Positions 11,758 through 21,994 of a stretch of DNA of 50,756 nt are shown here, one piece after another. Source of the stretch: Fistulifera solaris (Eukaryota); contig AP026128.1 of the NCBI GenBank assembly GCA_030295235.1, positions 1,364,001 to 1,414,756 on the forward strand, given 5' to 3'. A program made the translations under genes and the position numbers. The first letter of the stretch is position 1; the number at the start of each line of letters is the position of its first letter. The notes beneath the pieces were generated by a model, which did not search any database, was not told the origin of the DNA, and saw only the letters and a program-made list of their open reading frames with translations.

Positions 11758-13231
11758 ATGAGTGAAGTTGGGATGGTGAAGCGCCCATTGGAATCGGATG
11801 ATATGGTAAGAAATAAAAGATGAAGATCGTGTAGCAAACCTTGAAAAATGCGGCTTGACTTGCACTCAATTGCATGGATAATTTGCCTTTTTACCATCCT
11901 CACCTTCACTTTGCAAATATACACTACGTTAGGTCATAGACTCGTCAGATCAGCAACAACGCATTAGTTTAAACACTTTATTGTCCCGTCCTTCGGAATT
12001 CGGTAATGAAACGGGTCCTCTCGCGTGCGGTGAATTTGATCCTTCGACTCCTCCGCAATCGAAAAAGGTTCTAGTAGTCGGAGCAGGAGGTCTCGGTTGT
12101 GAGATACTCAAAGATTTGGCTCTCAGCAGCATTCCCTTGAATGTGCACGTCATTGATTTGGATACGATTGATGTGACAAATTTGAATCGACAATTTTTAT
12201 TTCGTCAAAAAGACGTTGGAAAAAGTAAAGCAGAAACCGCAGCCGCTTTCATTCGACAACGTTGTCCGTGGATTCAAGTTACACCGCATGTTGGGAATAT
12301 TCAGGACAAAAACTTGGATTTCTATCGGCAGTTTGATGCGGTTATTTCGGGTCTCGACAATATTGAAGCGCGACGCTGGTTGAATGCGACGATAGTAGGA
12401 CTCGTTGATACCGATGACGACGGAGATTTGGATCCTTCCACCATTATTCCCATTGTGGATGGAGGTACGGAAGGATTTAGTGGCCAAGCGCGGTTGATTT
12501 TGCCCAAAATCACGTCGTGCTTCGAATGCACCATCGACAGCTTCCCGCCGCCACGTGCCTTTCCTCTTTGCACCATTGCGGAAACACCCCGACGGCCCGA
12601 ACATTGTATTGCATATGCGTATATTCTACAGTTTCCCCGTGAATTCCCCGACACGGTCCTGGACAAGGACAGTCCTGAACACCTGCAGTGGATTTATCAG
12701 CAAGCGGCAAAACGCGCCGAACAGTACGGTATCGCGGGTGTGACCTACATGATGACCATGGGTGTCGTCAAGAACATTATTCCTGCGGTTGCAAGTACCA
12801 ACGCGATCATTGCTGCAGCATGTGTCAATGAAGCCATCAAATATTTGACATTCTTTAGTCAAAACATGAACTCTTACATGATGTACATGGGAGCGCAAAG
12901 CATTCATTCGCACACTTTTGCCTACGAGCCATCGGAAGACTGTCCTGTCTGCTCCGCTTCGGTCCGCAAAATGACAGTTCCTGCTACCATCACATTGAAT
13001 CAATTCATTCAAACACATCTCAAAGACAGCTCGCTGCGCTTATCGTCTCCCAGCTTGGTGTCACCCAGTCAGACGTTGTACATGGTCAAACCAGCAGCAC
13101 TAGAGCTGGCCACCCGACCTAATCTCGACAAATTGCTGAGTACTCTCATCCAACCCGGCGAAGAAATCACAGTCACCGATCCGACGTTGCATGGCATTCA
13201 TGTTGGTTTGGCCATTACATTTGAAAACTAG
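11758..13231 (+). CDS. UBA3: NEDD8-activating enzyme E1 catalytic subunit; exons 11758-11805 and 11933-13231
   Basis: VLVVGAGGLGCE, DLDTIDVTNLNRQFLF, LDNIEARRWLN, DGGTEGF, catalytic PLCTIAETPR, VKNIIPAVASTNA. A GTAAG...TTAG intron at 11806-11932 joins in frame. Confidence 0.93.
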
Positions 13232-13937
13232 AGGAAAGCGTAATTCAATACGATCCTTAATAGTCCTAAACTAAAAATAGTTGTCGAGAAAGATGCTGTG
13301 TAGGCTATTTGTGGGTGAAGGAAACTTACAAACCATTTCATGATTACAAACGGGGAATTGAATGTTGTTGGACTTAAAGGATTGACGTTAAATGTAACGC
13401 GTAGTTCTATATACGAAATTAGGCCTAAAGATTAAAATAAAAACCTTGGAAGAGAACGTTTCGCTGCAATTACCCCGACAAAGCACTTCTAATGATCACG
13501 GAATGCGTTGCCTTTGATTGATAACACATTGCAAAACTATGGACTGTGTCACATTTTTCACTTCACATGATGCACTTGCAACAAGTTGACAATGTAGACC
13601 CCAATAAAAGAGGCCGCATACAGTTTCTGAATTCAGGACAAACCGTGGCCTGTCAAAAGTAAGCAGCAGAGCCTTGTGAGAGGATATAATGTATGCTTCG
13701 TAACTGTCCAGTGCGCGAATTGCCTTTATCAGACCAGGTATATCGAAAAGCATGATTTGTATTTGTATACGGAACGGCATGAAATCAAGAGAGCAACGCA
13801 CTTATTTCGTCAGGCAAGACCTCTCTGTCTCTCTGGGCCTCTCACATCACACAATGTGATGTACCCAGTAAATTCCATTCCAAACTCCTCGAACAAGCAC
13901 AAAAACACTCACCCTTATCGGTCTCATTCTGTCGCCA

Positions 13938-14162
13938 TTATCCTTGACGCTTCACTTTTGCACTCGCTCCTTGTCCAGCACCTCCAGAGGCATATTTTGA
14001 ATCATCTCGATATCCTAACTGTTTGCGCAATTGTACCTTACGCAGTTGAAACCATCTTCGCAAGCCTACAGCATTCGGGCTGTAGAGTACTATGCGCAAT
14101 ATTATGAAGGCCACAATCAACAGCAAGGGCCACCAAGATCCTTCGGAGGATGTCATGTTCAT
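13938..14162 (-). CDS. Possible small single-pass membrane protein (74 aa)
   Basis: ATG start, one hydrophobic segment (WWPLLLIVAFIILRIVLY), then a basic, Gly-rich tail. No family recognised. Confidence 0.45.
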   Translation of the reverse strand: MNMTSSEGSWWPLLLIVAFIILRIVLYSPNAVGLRRWFQLRKVQLRKQLGYRDDSKYASGGAGQGASAKVKRQG

Positions 14163-14647
14163 ATTGTTTGTAAAAGATCGAACTATGAGAGAGTCGTTTT
14201 ATTTCACAGAATGAACAAATGCAGCACATACTTTCATTATTATTCTATTGTTCGTCTTTTGCCTTTTGCCTTTCACAAGGGATAAGGGTGAACAGGGTTG
14301 TTCTACAGCGCGGCGCGCCGACCCACGTCACCTTACAATTCCTAAATAAATTTTTATTAGGTGGCTTTCAAGTTCAGTATTATGTAACTAGTCCTTGTGA
14401 GCGCGCCAGGCGGACATTTACGAGACACCAGACTACAAATTATTAGATAGTAACGCGCCGACACCCCCACAAACTTTTGATCGATCATCGAGCGACAATC
14501 GACACAAAATTAATGAGAAAACTGAGTTCGGTTCATCATCTTTCATCTCCCTTGCTTCTCATAATCTCTGACCATTAAAGAAAGTAAAAGACGTGAAACA
14601 AGAAATAAATTTTCATTGTCAGTCACTAAATTGAGAAAATAGAGAAA

Positions 14648-16078
14648 ATGTACTTCCGAAAGTTCGCTTTAGTGCTTCTAAGTGCATCAAGCGCCTCGGC
14701 TGCGTTCGTAGCGAGTCAACCCTCATTCGCCGATTCTTCACGTGCATCGACAGCACAAAACATGTATGCCGATGGCTTTCTTATGCCACAAGATGTCATC
14801 TCTTGGAGAGATCAACAAACAACGTCTTGTTATACCGCTCCTGTGTATGCCGATCCGAACAACTCGGTGCGTGAACCTCCCTCACCGTGGCCTGAATCGC
14901 GCGGCGATCGGCCAACACCTGCGTTCTTTGAAGAAACAAAGAAACAAGAGGACAAAAAGATTCACATGTTTGACTATTGGATGCAACCTTCGTCTTACAT
15001 GGAAGAGCTGAAGAAATCTGGCCGAAGATCTGAGTCACAATGGACTCCCGATGCCACGCCACCATTCTTTACAACCGGTTCTTTGAGCACGCCCGAGTCT
15101 CGATGGGCACGTGTCGATCCGGGCTTTACGCAATCGACTCCTTCTTTCAATCAGTACACATCTTCTTCTTATGCTACTGGGCGCTGGACTTCAATTTATG
15201 AATCCGATGCGATGAAATACCGTCAGATGCACAATTACATGGATGTCGAGGTTCAACAAGCACCTCAAGAGGCCGTTATAACCGCACCTGTCATTGAAGA
15301 GACACCCATCGCTTTGAATGAGCCGGATATTCGAGTGGAAGAACCAACGCTACAAGAAGTTTCTGCTTCAGTCAGCGAACCCGAACCGGTCTACCTTTCC
15401 GAACCAGTTATGGAGCAACCTATCGCACCGTGGAGCCAGCCGGAACCTGTAGTCGAGACGGCAAGTATTATTGAGGACATAATAATGGAAATGCCTAGTC
15501 CAGAGCCAGTGAGTACGATTTCGAAAGATCTTGCTGAAAAGATTTCCGCGTACGAGAAAAAGATCGAAGAAATGCGAGAAGTCGAAGCTGAATTCGTCGA
15601 TATTTTGAACCAGTCACGCAGTCGCTACGTCAACGACTTGAATGACATCCTGACAGTCGAATCAAGTTCGGATTATGTCGAAGAAGAAGAGTTCACCAGT
15701 GAGACCCAAAAGGAAGACGCACAACTATCTAGCAGCTTTGAAGAGCATCCTGGTGCGGAGACTTCCGTTGAATCGGCAGCAGCAACAACCACTGCCAGCT
15801 ACACCAATACCATCGATGTATTGGAAGAAGAGCTAGGCGAGGAGATCATGAGTACAATTCGTCGCGAATCTCATGTTAACACACCAGATGCTTACTTGAG
15901 CGCGGGTTCGAGTATGTACCAAAGCAGCTATTACGGTAGCCCAGGCCCGCAATATTCAACTGCAGGACGTTCTGGCCCCAACGTTTACCATAATTCCTAC
16001 CAAAACGCGGCACCCCATTACTCGAACGTGTACGATCGCCCTCTGAGCGAACGAAATCACTGGGACCGTATCTTTTAG
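14648..16078 (+). CDS. Motif-family protein 6: putative plastid-targeted disordered protein, intact ORF
   Basis: MYFRKFALVLLSASSASAA|FVA is a classic ASAF-like site. Contains GFLMPQDVIS, a Glu/Pro-rich middle, SRYVNDLNDILTVES and a Tyr-rich C-terminus. Confidence 0.85.
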   Translation: MYFRKFALVLLSASSASAAFVASQPSFADSSRASTAQNMYADGFLMPQDVISWRDQQTTSCYTAPVYADPNNSVREPPSPWPESRGDRPTPAFFEETKKQEDKKIHMFDYWMQPSSYMEELKKSGRRSESQWTPDATPPFFTTGSLSTPESRWARVDPGFTQSTPSFNQYTSSSYATGRWTSIYESDAMKYRQMHNYMDVEVQQAPQEAVITAPVIEETPIALNEPDIRVEEPTLQEVSASVSEPEPVYLSEPVMEQPIAPWSQPEPVVETASIIEDIIMEMPSPEPVSTISKDLAEKISAYEKKIEEMREVEAEFVDILNQSRSRYVNDLNDILTVESSSDYVEEEEFTSETQKEDAQLSSSFEEHPGAETSVESAAATTTASYTNTIDVLEEELGEEIMSTIRRESHVNTPDAYLSAGSSMYQSSYYGSPGPQYSTAGRSGPNVYHNSYQNAAPHYSNVYDRPLSERNHWDRIF

Positions 16079-16308
16079 GAGGTAACTCGATGCAGAAGCA
16101 TTCATCAACATCTCACCACGAACTCGGACACAGGCTGCACCCCTTTCCCAACCTAGCCGTCTAATATAATCACCAAAGCGCACAATATATTGATTCCTAA
16201 TCTACATCTGTTGATAGCTTCACTATTTTTATTTTAAAGAACTATGCTAGCAAAAGAAAATGTTGGTGAGGTTATTGACTCATGACTGAAATATTTGTGT
16301 CCATAAAG

Positions 16309-16397
16309 TAATACTATAAAGGACAAGTTTCAAAAAAAAAAAAAAAAAAATAATAACTATAAAGGACAAGTTTCAAAAAAAAAAAAAAAAAATAATA
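16309..16397 (+). repeat. Tandem duplicate of a ~22-nt unit plus a 17-19 nt A-tract
   Basis: TAAT(A)ACTATAAAGGACAAGTTTC followed by an A-run occurs twice in tandem. Confidence 0.85.
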
Positions 16398-16579
16398 AGT
16401 AAGCCGTACGGAAGACAAAGGTTCGCGAAATGGTTTGACGTCAAAGTATCATAATGTGCAACGCAAACGCTGTTTATCTGATAAGACAAATGCATCACAA
16501 CAAAGATAAACAGAGCTCAAGAATTTGGGCGAACGAACGCATCGTAGGTAACATTGCGGCGCTCAAAAGAATTTGGATT

Positions 16580-16600
16580 CATGACTGAAGTCCAGTCGTG
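16580..16600. promoter_or_regulatory. Spaced dyad CATGACTG-N5-CAGTCGTG (further copies at 16771-16791 and 22157-22177)
   Basis: Three near-identical imperfect inverted repeats with a fixed 5-nt spacer, all upstream of genes. Function is inferred only. Confidence 0.45.
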
Positions 16601-17002
16601 ACGAAATACGAAGTAAACTTTGGTCTAGACGGAGTAGTTAATACGTAGACGACGCTTCGCAGTTTTTCGACGTACAAATAATTAGGGCCGACAAAGTCTA
16701 GTCTTCAAAAAAGCAACAAAGGCAAATGAAGCTCAAGAAGAGTTAGACAAACGAACAAAGTGTGGGCAGCAATGACTGAATGTCAGTCGTGAATCATCGT
16801 TGACATTACACTTTGTATGAAAATATAGACGGCTTTCGGTAATATGTGTCTGACGGAAATGCTGTCTGACACAAAATTTTTACGCGGACTTGAATTTTAT
16901 CGGATATACATTGATGATGATGATGATGATGATGAGTCTCATTTTCCATCGTTCTAGCTTATTGTCATTCATCTTCACTTCTTTGACGATACTTAATGAA
17001 AG

Positions 17003-18613
17003 ATGCATGTTTGTTTACTAAGATTTGTGCCGGCGGTGCTGTTACTTCTTCCCTTTACGGCTTACGCTTGGATTTCACAAAGAACGACGCCACGACAACG
17101 CCTTCTCTTCAACGGATCAACAAAACAAAGATCAAGCAATCCTCGTCTTTCCGGCGAACTACTTCCTCAGGGAATTGTTGATTCATCAACTGTGTATCGG
17201 GGTGGCCTCATTGAAAAGCCGCAATGGAACGGTGCTCCTGCTGAAGGATTTCGCGAAGCTCAGTCGATCCAAAATATGTATTATGCTCTATCTACTTTTC
17301 CAGAAAAAGAGACAAAGGACGAACGCGATGAAATAGAGACCAACACACCTTCTTTGTTGGAAGAAAAGAATATTCTTGACGATGAAAACGAGGTTCCTTC
17401 GGAAGCCAGCGAGCTAGATCACACTGATACATTTACGGAGGAAACAATCGAAGCCGTTGTGAAAGATGACTCTTTTGCAACGAAAATAACTGACTTATTC
17501 GAAACAAATGATCAAATTCTGAGTGCCTCAGATGAACTTTTCGCCGAGGAAGACGGCAGCCAAGTTAGTGGAGAAACTACGACGGACGAAAGTGCGGAAG
17601 AGGATGAAATATTCTATGATTACTCTCTGGAAAATATGGAAGCCCCATTCGAAAGCACTGATGGTGACCCAATAGCTATAAACGACAGCCGAGATCTATA
17701 TGTTGCAAGAACGGAGGAAATGGATGAAACAGAGGATGATAGAGGGATTGACGAAAGTCTTTTATCGCCTGACGAAAGCGGAGCAATCGATACAGAATCA
17801 GAAGACGGCGGTCTGCAGCTCTTATCGTTACAATCGATTACTGACAACGAAGTTGCTGATGAGATACAGACAAGCATGGAAGCAGAAGAAGATACGATAA
17901 CATCGGCTGAAAGCGACTTGTTGACAGAAGCCGAAAATGTAGATGGGACATTCCGAGACGAATTAGTCGAGGAACTTGGAGCAACGCTGACGGAGGACGC
18001 AAAAGAGCATGAAATTGTTAACGGCTCACGTGACGCTATTGTAGAGAGCTCGATAAATGAATTGACACAGCCGGAGCTAAGTGCAGAACCGATGAATCTG
18101 GAAAATCAACAGCAACTCGGTGAAGAAACAACAATACTTAGTTTGAAAGCTGATGGTCATCATGAAAGCGATTTGACATCTAGCGAATTCTTCGGTGAAA
18201 AGCAACAAAGTGTCGAATCTCGCGCAATTAGTGGCGCGTCAACATTGCAGATTGTCGAAGCTTCTACGACCATGAATTCCATTGCACTGTCGAAGAGACC
18301 ACTGAAGAGAATACCACTGTTCCAAAAGATGAATATTGACGCTGCTAAAGAGTCAGCTTTTTTACGAGTCGTTCGGAGGTATACCGAGGCGGACAAGCGC
18401 CGACGAAAACTGCTTGAAGAGCGACGAATGGCTGAGTCTATCAACGGACTTGAAGATGTAGACGCATTGAATGACCTGTTTAAGAAACTGACTTCGGCGG
18501 GTATTATTCCGAGGGTAAAAATGTATGGGAAGCGTTTTACATTGGATGATGGGACCACGGCTATAGGGAAGAGACGCAAACTATGCATTGAACTAGAATG
18601 GGAAATGGAATGA
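17003..18613 (+). CDS. Motif-family protein 7: highly acidic putative plastid protein, intact ORF
   Basis: MHVCLLRFVPAVLLLLPFTAYA|WIS. Contains SGELLPQGIV...WNGAPAEGFREAQSIQNM and C-terminal AGIIPRVKMYGKRF, both matching the neighbouring gene. Confidence 0.85.
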   Translation: MHVCLLRFVPAVLLLLPFTAYAWISQRTTPRQRLLFNGSTKQRSSNPRLSGELLPQGIVDSSTVYRGGLIEKPQWNGAPAEGFREAQSIQNMYYALSTFPEKETKDERDEIETNTPSLLEEKNILDDENEVPSEASELDHTDTFTEETIEAVVKDDSFATKITDLFETNDQILSASDELFAEEDGSQVSGETTTDESAEEDEIFYDYSLENMEAPFESTDGDPIAINDSRDLYVARTEEMDETEDDRGIDESLLSPDESGAIDTESEDGGLQLLSLQSITDNEVADEIQTSMEAEEDTITSAESDLLTEAENVDGTFRDELVEELGATLTEDAKEHEIVNGSRDAIVESSINELTQPELSAEPMNLENQQQLGEETTILSLKADGHHESDLTSSEFFGEKQQSVESRAISGASTLQIVEASTTMNSIALSKRPLKRIPLFQKMNIDAAKESAFLRVVRRYTEADKRRRKLLEERRMAESINGLEDVDALNDLFKKLTSAGIIPRVKMYGKRFTLDDGTTAIGKRRKLCIELEWEME

Positions 18614-19113
18614 ACATGGACGCTTTTGCTTTAAATTACGCTTGTGTCTCTTGCTACTTATAGGTAAAGCTAAAGTAAGTATAGTAACCTTTAATTTGTT
18701 GCTGAGACCTAATTCAAACTAGACCGGCCGAAGAGATGATAATACTTTCATTATATTATAGTGTTGGGGAGCAGCCGTAGTTTTTAACGTCGCACCGTAA
18801 TAACCACATTGAAGTTCAAATCCGCTGTTGCACACGTCACTTGGGCTATAAAAATGTGTGTAGAGGACTGTCTTGCGACCGGTTCTTTTCCGTTGACAAC
18901 AAGATCTGGATTTTGATTGGATCGTGTCGTCGTCGAACGTTGCACGCACGGAGTGCCATTTTGAGGAGTGTTGACGACGTTTGCGACATCAACACAAAAA
19001 ATGCATCTTGAAAGATTTGGCGAGTGTTTATTGCTTCATTATTGCTTCGTTTTCATTGCTTTCTGCTGTATTTGAATAAAGCAATCTCTGTCCTCAAACT
19101 ATAGCCCTAAAAA

Positions 19114-21994
19114 ATGAGCGGAATCTTTTTCCTTGTTTTGTTAAGTTGCTTCGCAGAGACACAAGGCGCTTGGGTCAGCAACAGTCCCCTTGTGTTAACG
19201 ACAACTCAATCTGTACGATGCGCCTCTCAAGCATCAAGTTACAATGATCCTTTCGCTTTTTCGGGTCAGGTCTTACCTCAGGGTATTTTAGGAATGTTTC
19301 GTGAACCGTCAACGAACAAAATGCCGTGGAAAGGATCCGGTGCTGTAGGCTTTCAAGAACCAAACGCAATTCGAGAGATGTCTATTCTCGATAGAACCTC
19401 GCCAGCTCAAGCAAAGGCAGAGACTGAAAAGAGTCAACAATTCAAACTCTCTCAGGCATCGGAGCCTACCTCAAAGAGGAGCGAATTAGTCCCTTTCTTT
19501 CAGAGATCGGATCCTAATTTCATGTCACCGGATGTCATGGCATCTGTCAGGATCAACCAACAGCAGTATCAGCTTCCTCAATTAAAAAATACGGTGTCAA
19601 GCGATTCGGCGAGCCGAAAATTGCGTGATGCTGCCATTTTGCGATTCGAATCGAGTTCTTGGGCTGCGGCAAATCTCAAATCCGAAAAAGCATCCGCGGA
19701 TGTACTCACTCGAGTCAATATCGGTATTGGTGCTCCTATTGCGGGCAAGTCATCGGCCCGTGTCGAAAATGTTACCAAAGGAACACAAGAATGGACTACG
19801 GAAAAAACGATCAAGCCGTCCAAGGATTCTGCGGATGTGCTGGTCAAAGTGCAGATTCATGATGAGATTGTGAATGCACCCGCATCACAGCGTGTCCAGG
19901 CTACAATTGCTACAAAACCGGATCAACCCGATGTAATGGATAAGGTAAACATCAACGAAGGGAAAATAGCGAATAACTCGGGTGCTACGGCCAAACCAGC
20001 AAAGGCATCCGCCGATGTGCAAACGCCTGTCAAAATTCATGAGGATGTCAAGGTCGAGAAGGTTGCGGAGCCGACCAAGGAATCGACCAGTAGCCAGTCG
20101 AAGGGAGCTGCACCATCTCCAACAGTACAAATTAATGGTGACAAACAGGATGTCGTCAAACCGTTCAATAAGAGTAACTCTCAGCCACCCATCGAGCCTA
20201 TTCTCGTCGATAAGTTACCGGAAAGCAAATACAAAAACGACTTGGATGATATTATTACTGTGGATTCACAAGTGGACACTCCTCCTACGAACACCCCATC
20301 CACCACGCAGGAGGCAACAGCAAATAATTCATCGGATTTGAAACCACCGGCCGACAAGCAGGAACCTACCGGTCCCTCTGTGCCGGTTGCAAAAACATCA
20401 GCGGAGTCTAAAGAGTTACTGAGTTCCGTTCAAATCACTAAGGATGCCAACCCTGCTCAAATTGCGAAACCAGACAAAGATTCTGCCGATGTTCTTACGT
20501 CCGTCAAGATTCATGCAGAGACAACGCCGACTCCAGTGGCTAAGCCGACAAAGGAATCTGCCGATGTCTTGACGCCCGTCAAGATTCATGCCGAAGAAAA
20601 GTCACCTCCTTTGGCAACCCCTACGAAGGAGTCTGCCGACGTTCTTACACCCGTTAAGATTCACGCTGAAAAGAAGCCGGTACAGGTAGCAACACCGCTG
20701 AAAGACTCCGCTGATGTTCTAACTCCAGTGAAAATCCACTCAGACACGAAGCCGACTTCATCATTTGCCAAACCATCTAAAGAGTCTGCTGATGTTCTCA
20801 CGCCGGTCAAAATTCACGACGATAAGCCACCCGTACGAACCGTCACAGCGGTGAAAAAGTCTGCCGATGTTCAAACTTCGGTTAAGATTCATTCAGACAA
20901 AAGACCTTCTCAAACGGCCAAACCCAGCAAGGCCTCTGCTGATGTTCAAACGCCTGTCAAAATTCACGAAGATGTAAAGCCGGCCCCAAGAGGAACGCCA
21001 CTGAAGGACTCCGCCGATGTATTAACTCATGTTAAGATTCACGCAGAAGAAAAAACCTGTCCGAGCAGTTGCGCCGGTCAAAGATTCGGCCGATGTTCTC
21101 ACGCCAGTCAAAATTCATGCAGACGAAAGGCCTAAACAGACTCCAACACCTCTGAAAGATTCTGCTGATGTTCTCACGCCCGTCAAAATTCACGCAGATG
21201 AGAAACCTGTGTTGGCGGCTACCCCGGTAAAGAAGTTAGCCGATGTTCAAACGCCAGTGAAGATTCACGCAGAAGACAAGCCGAGAAAACCTGTTACACC
21301 ACTAAAAGACTCCGCCGACGTCCAAACGCCAGTTAAAATTCATGCTGAGGAGAAACCGAGACAGACTGTTACACCGCTGAAAGACTCCGCTGATGTTCTC
21401 ACACCTGTGAAAATCCATGCAGAGGAGAAACCGAGACAGACTCTTACACCGCTGAAAGACTCTGCGGACGTCCAAACGTCTGTCAAAATTCATGCAGCAG
21501 AGAAGCCAAGACAAGCTCCTACACCGTTGAAGGACTCTGCAGATGTTCTCACGCCGGTCAAAATTCATGCTGAGACGGTATCGAAACCACTTACTAGACC
21601 TTCCAAAGATTCGGCCAATGTTCAGACTCCAGTCAAAATACATAGTGAAGACCAGTCAGCGACAAAAGAAAGTCCGACTGATTCGCACATCACCAAGTCG
21701 GCTGTAAAGTCGAAAGCGAAAAACGTAAACGGCATCAAAGACACTGCTCCTGTCACAGCAACTACGCAAGCATCATCGAGCGAATCGGCAACAACGGATG
21801 TTACTGTCGGAGGCATTCAGAACGATTCCGTCAAAGATTTGTTTGCGAGTAGCGTGATTGCAGATGTTATAACGAATGTTAAAATGTACGGGGACCGGAT
21901 ACCAGCGGCAAGCGCGGCCGAGTCAAAGTCGCAGAGCGGTCTGAAATGGAAATCCGATTTTGATCCGAATCGATGGGCCCCGCTTAGCTATTAA
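19114..21994 (+). CDS. Motif-family protein 8: multivalent repeat protein with 16 tandem K[DE]SADV[LQ]TPVKIH units, one apparent frameshift near 21052
   Basis: MSGIFFLVLLSCFAETQGA|WVS. The ~26-27 aa repeats continue unchanged from ORF 19114..21135 into 21029..21994 across an A-run. Confidence 0.88.

Noticed and set aside
16912..16935. (GAT)n run upstream of protein 7
   Set aside because: An ordinary short microsatellite.
19114..21994. Calling the repeat proteins PYCO1, silaffins or frustulins
   Set aside because: There are no KWSP repeats, no silaffin-type KxxK Ser-rich repeats with RxL sites, and no frustulin Cys-rich domains. Only the general architecture is similar.
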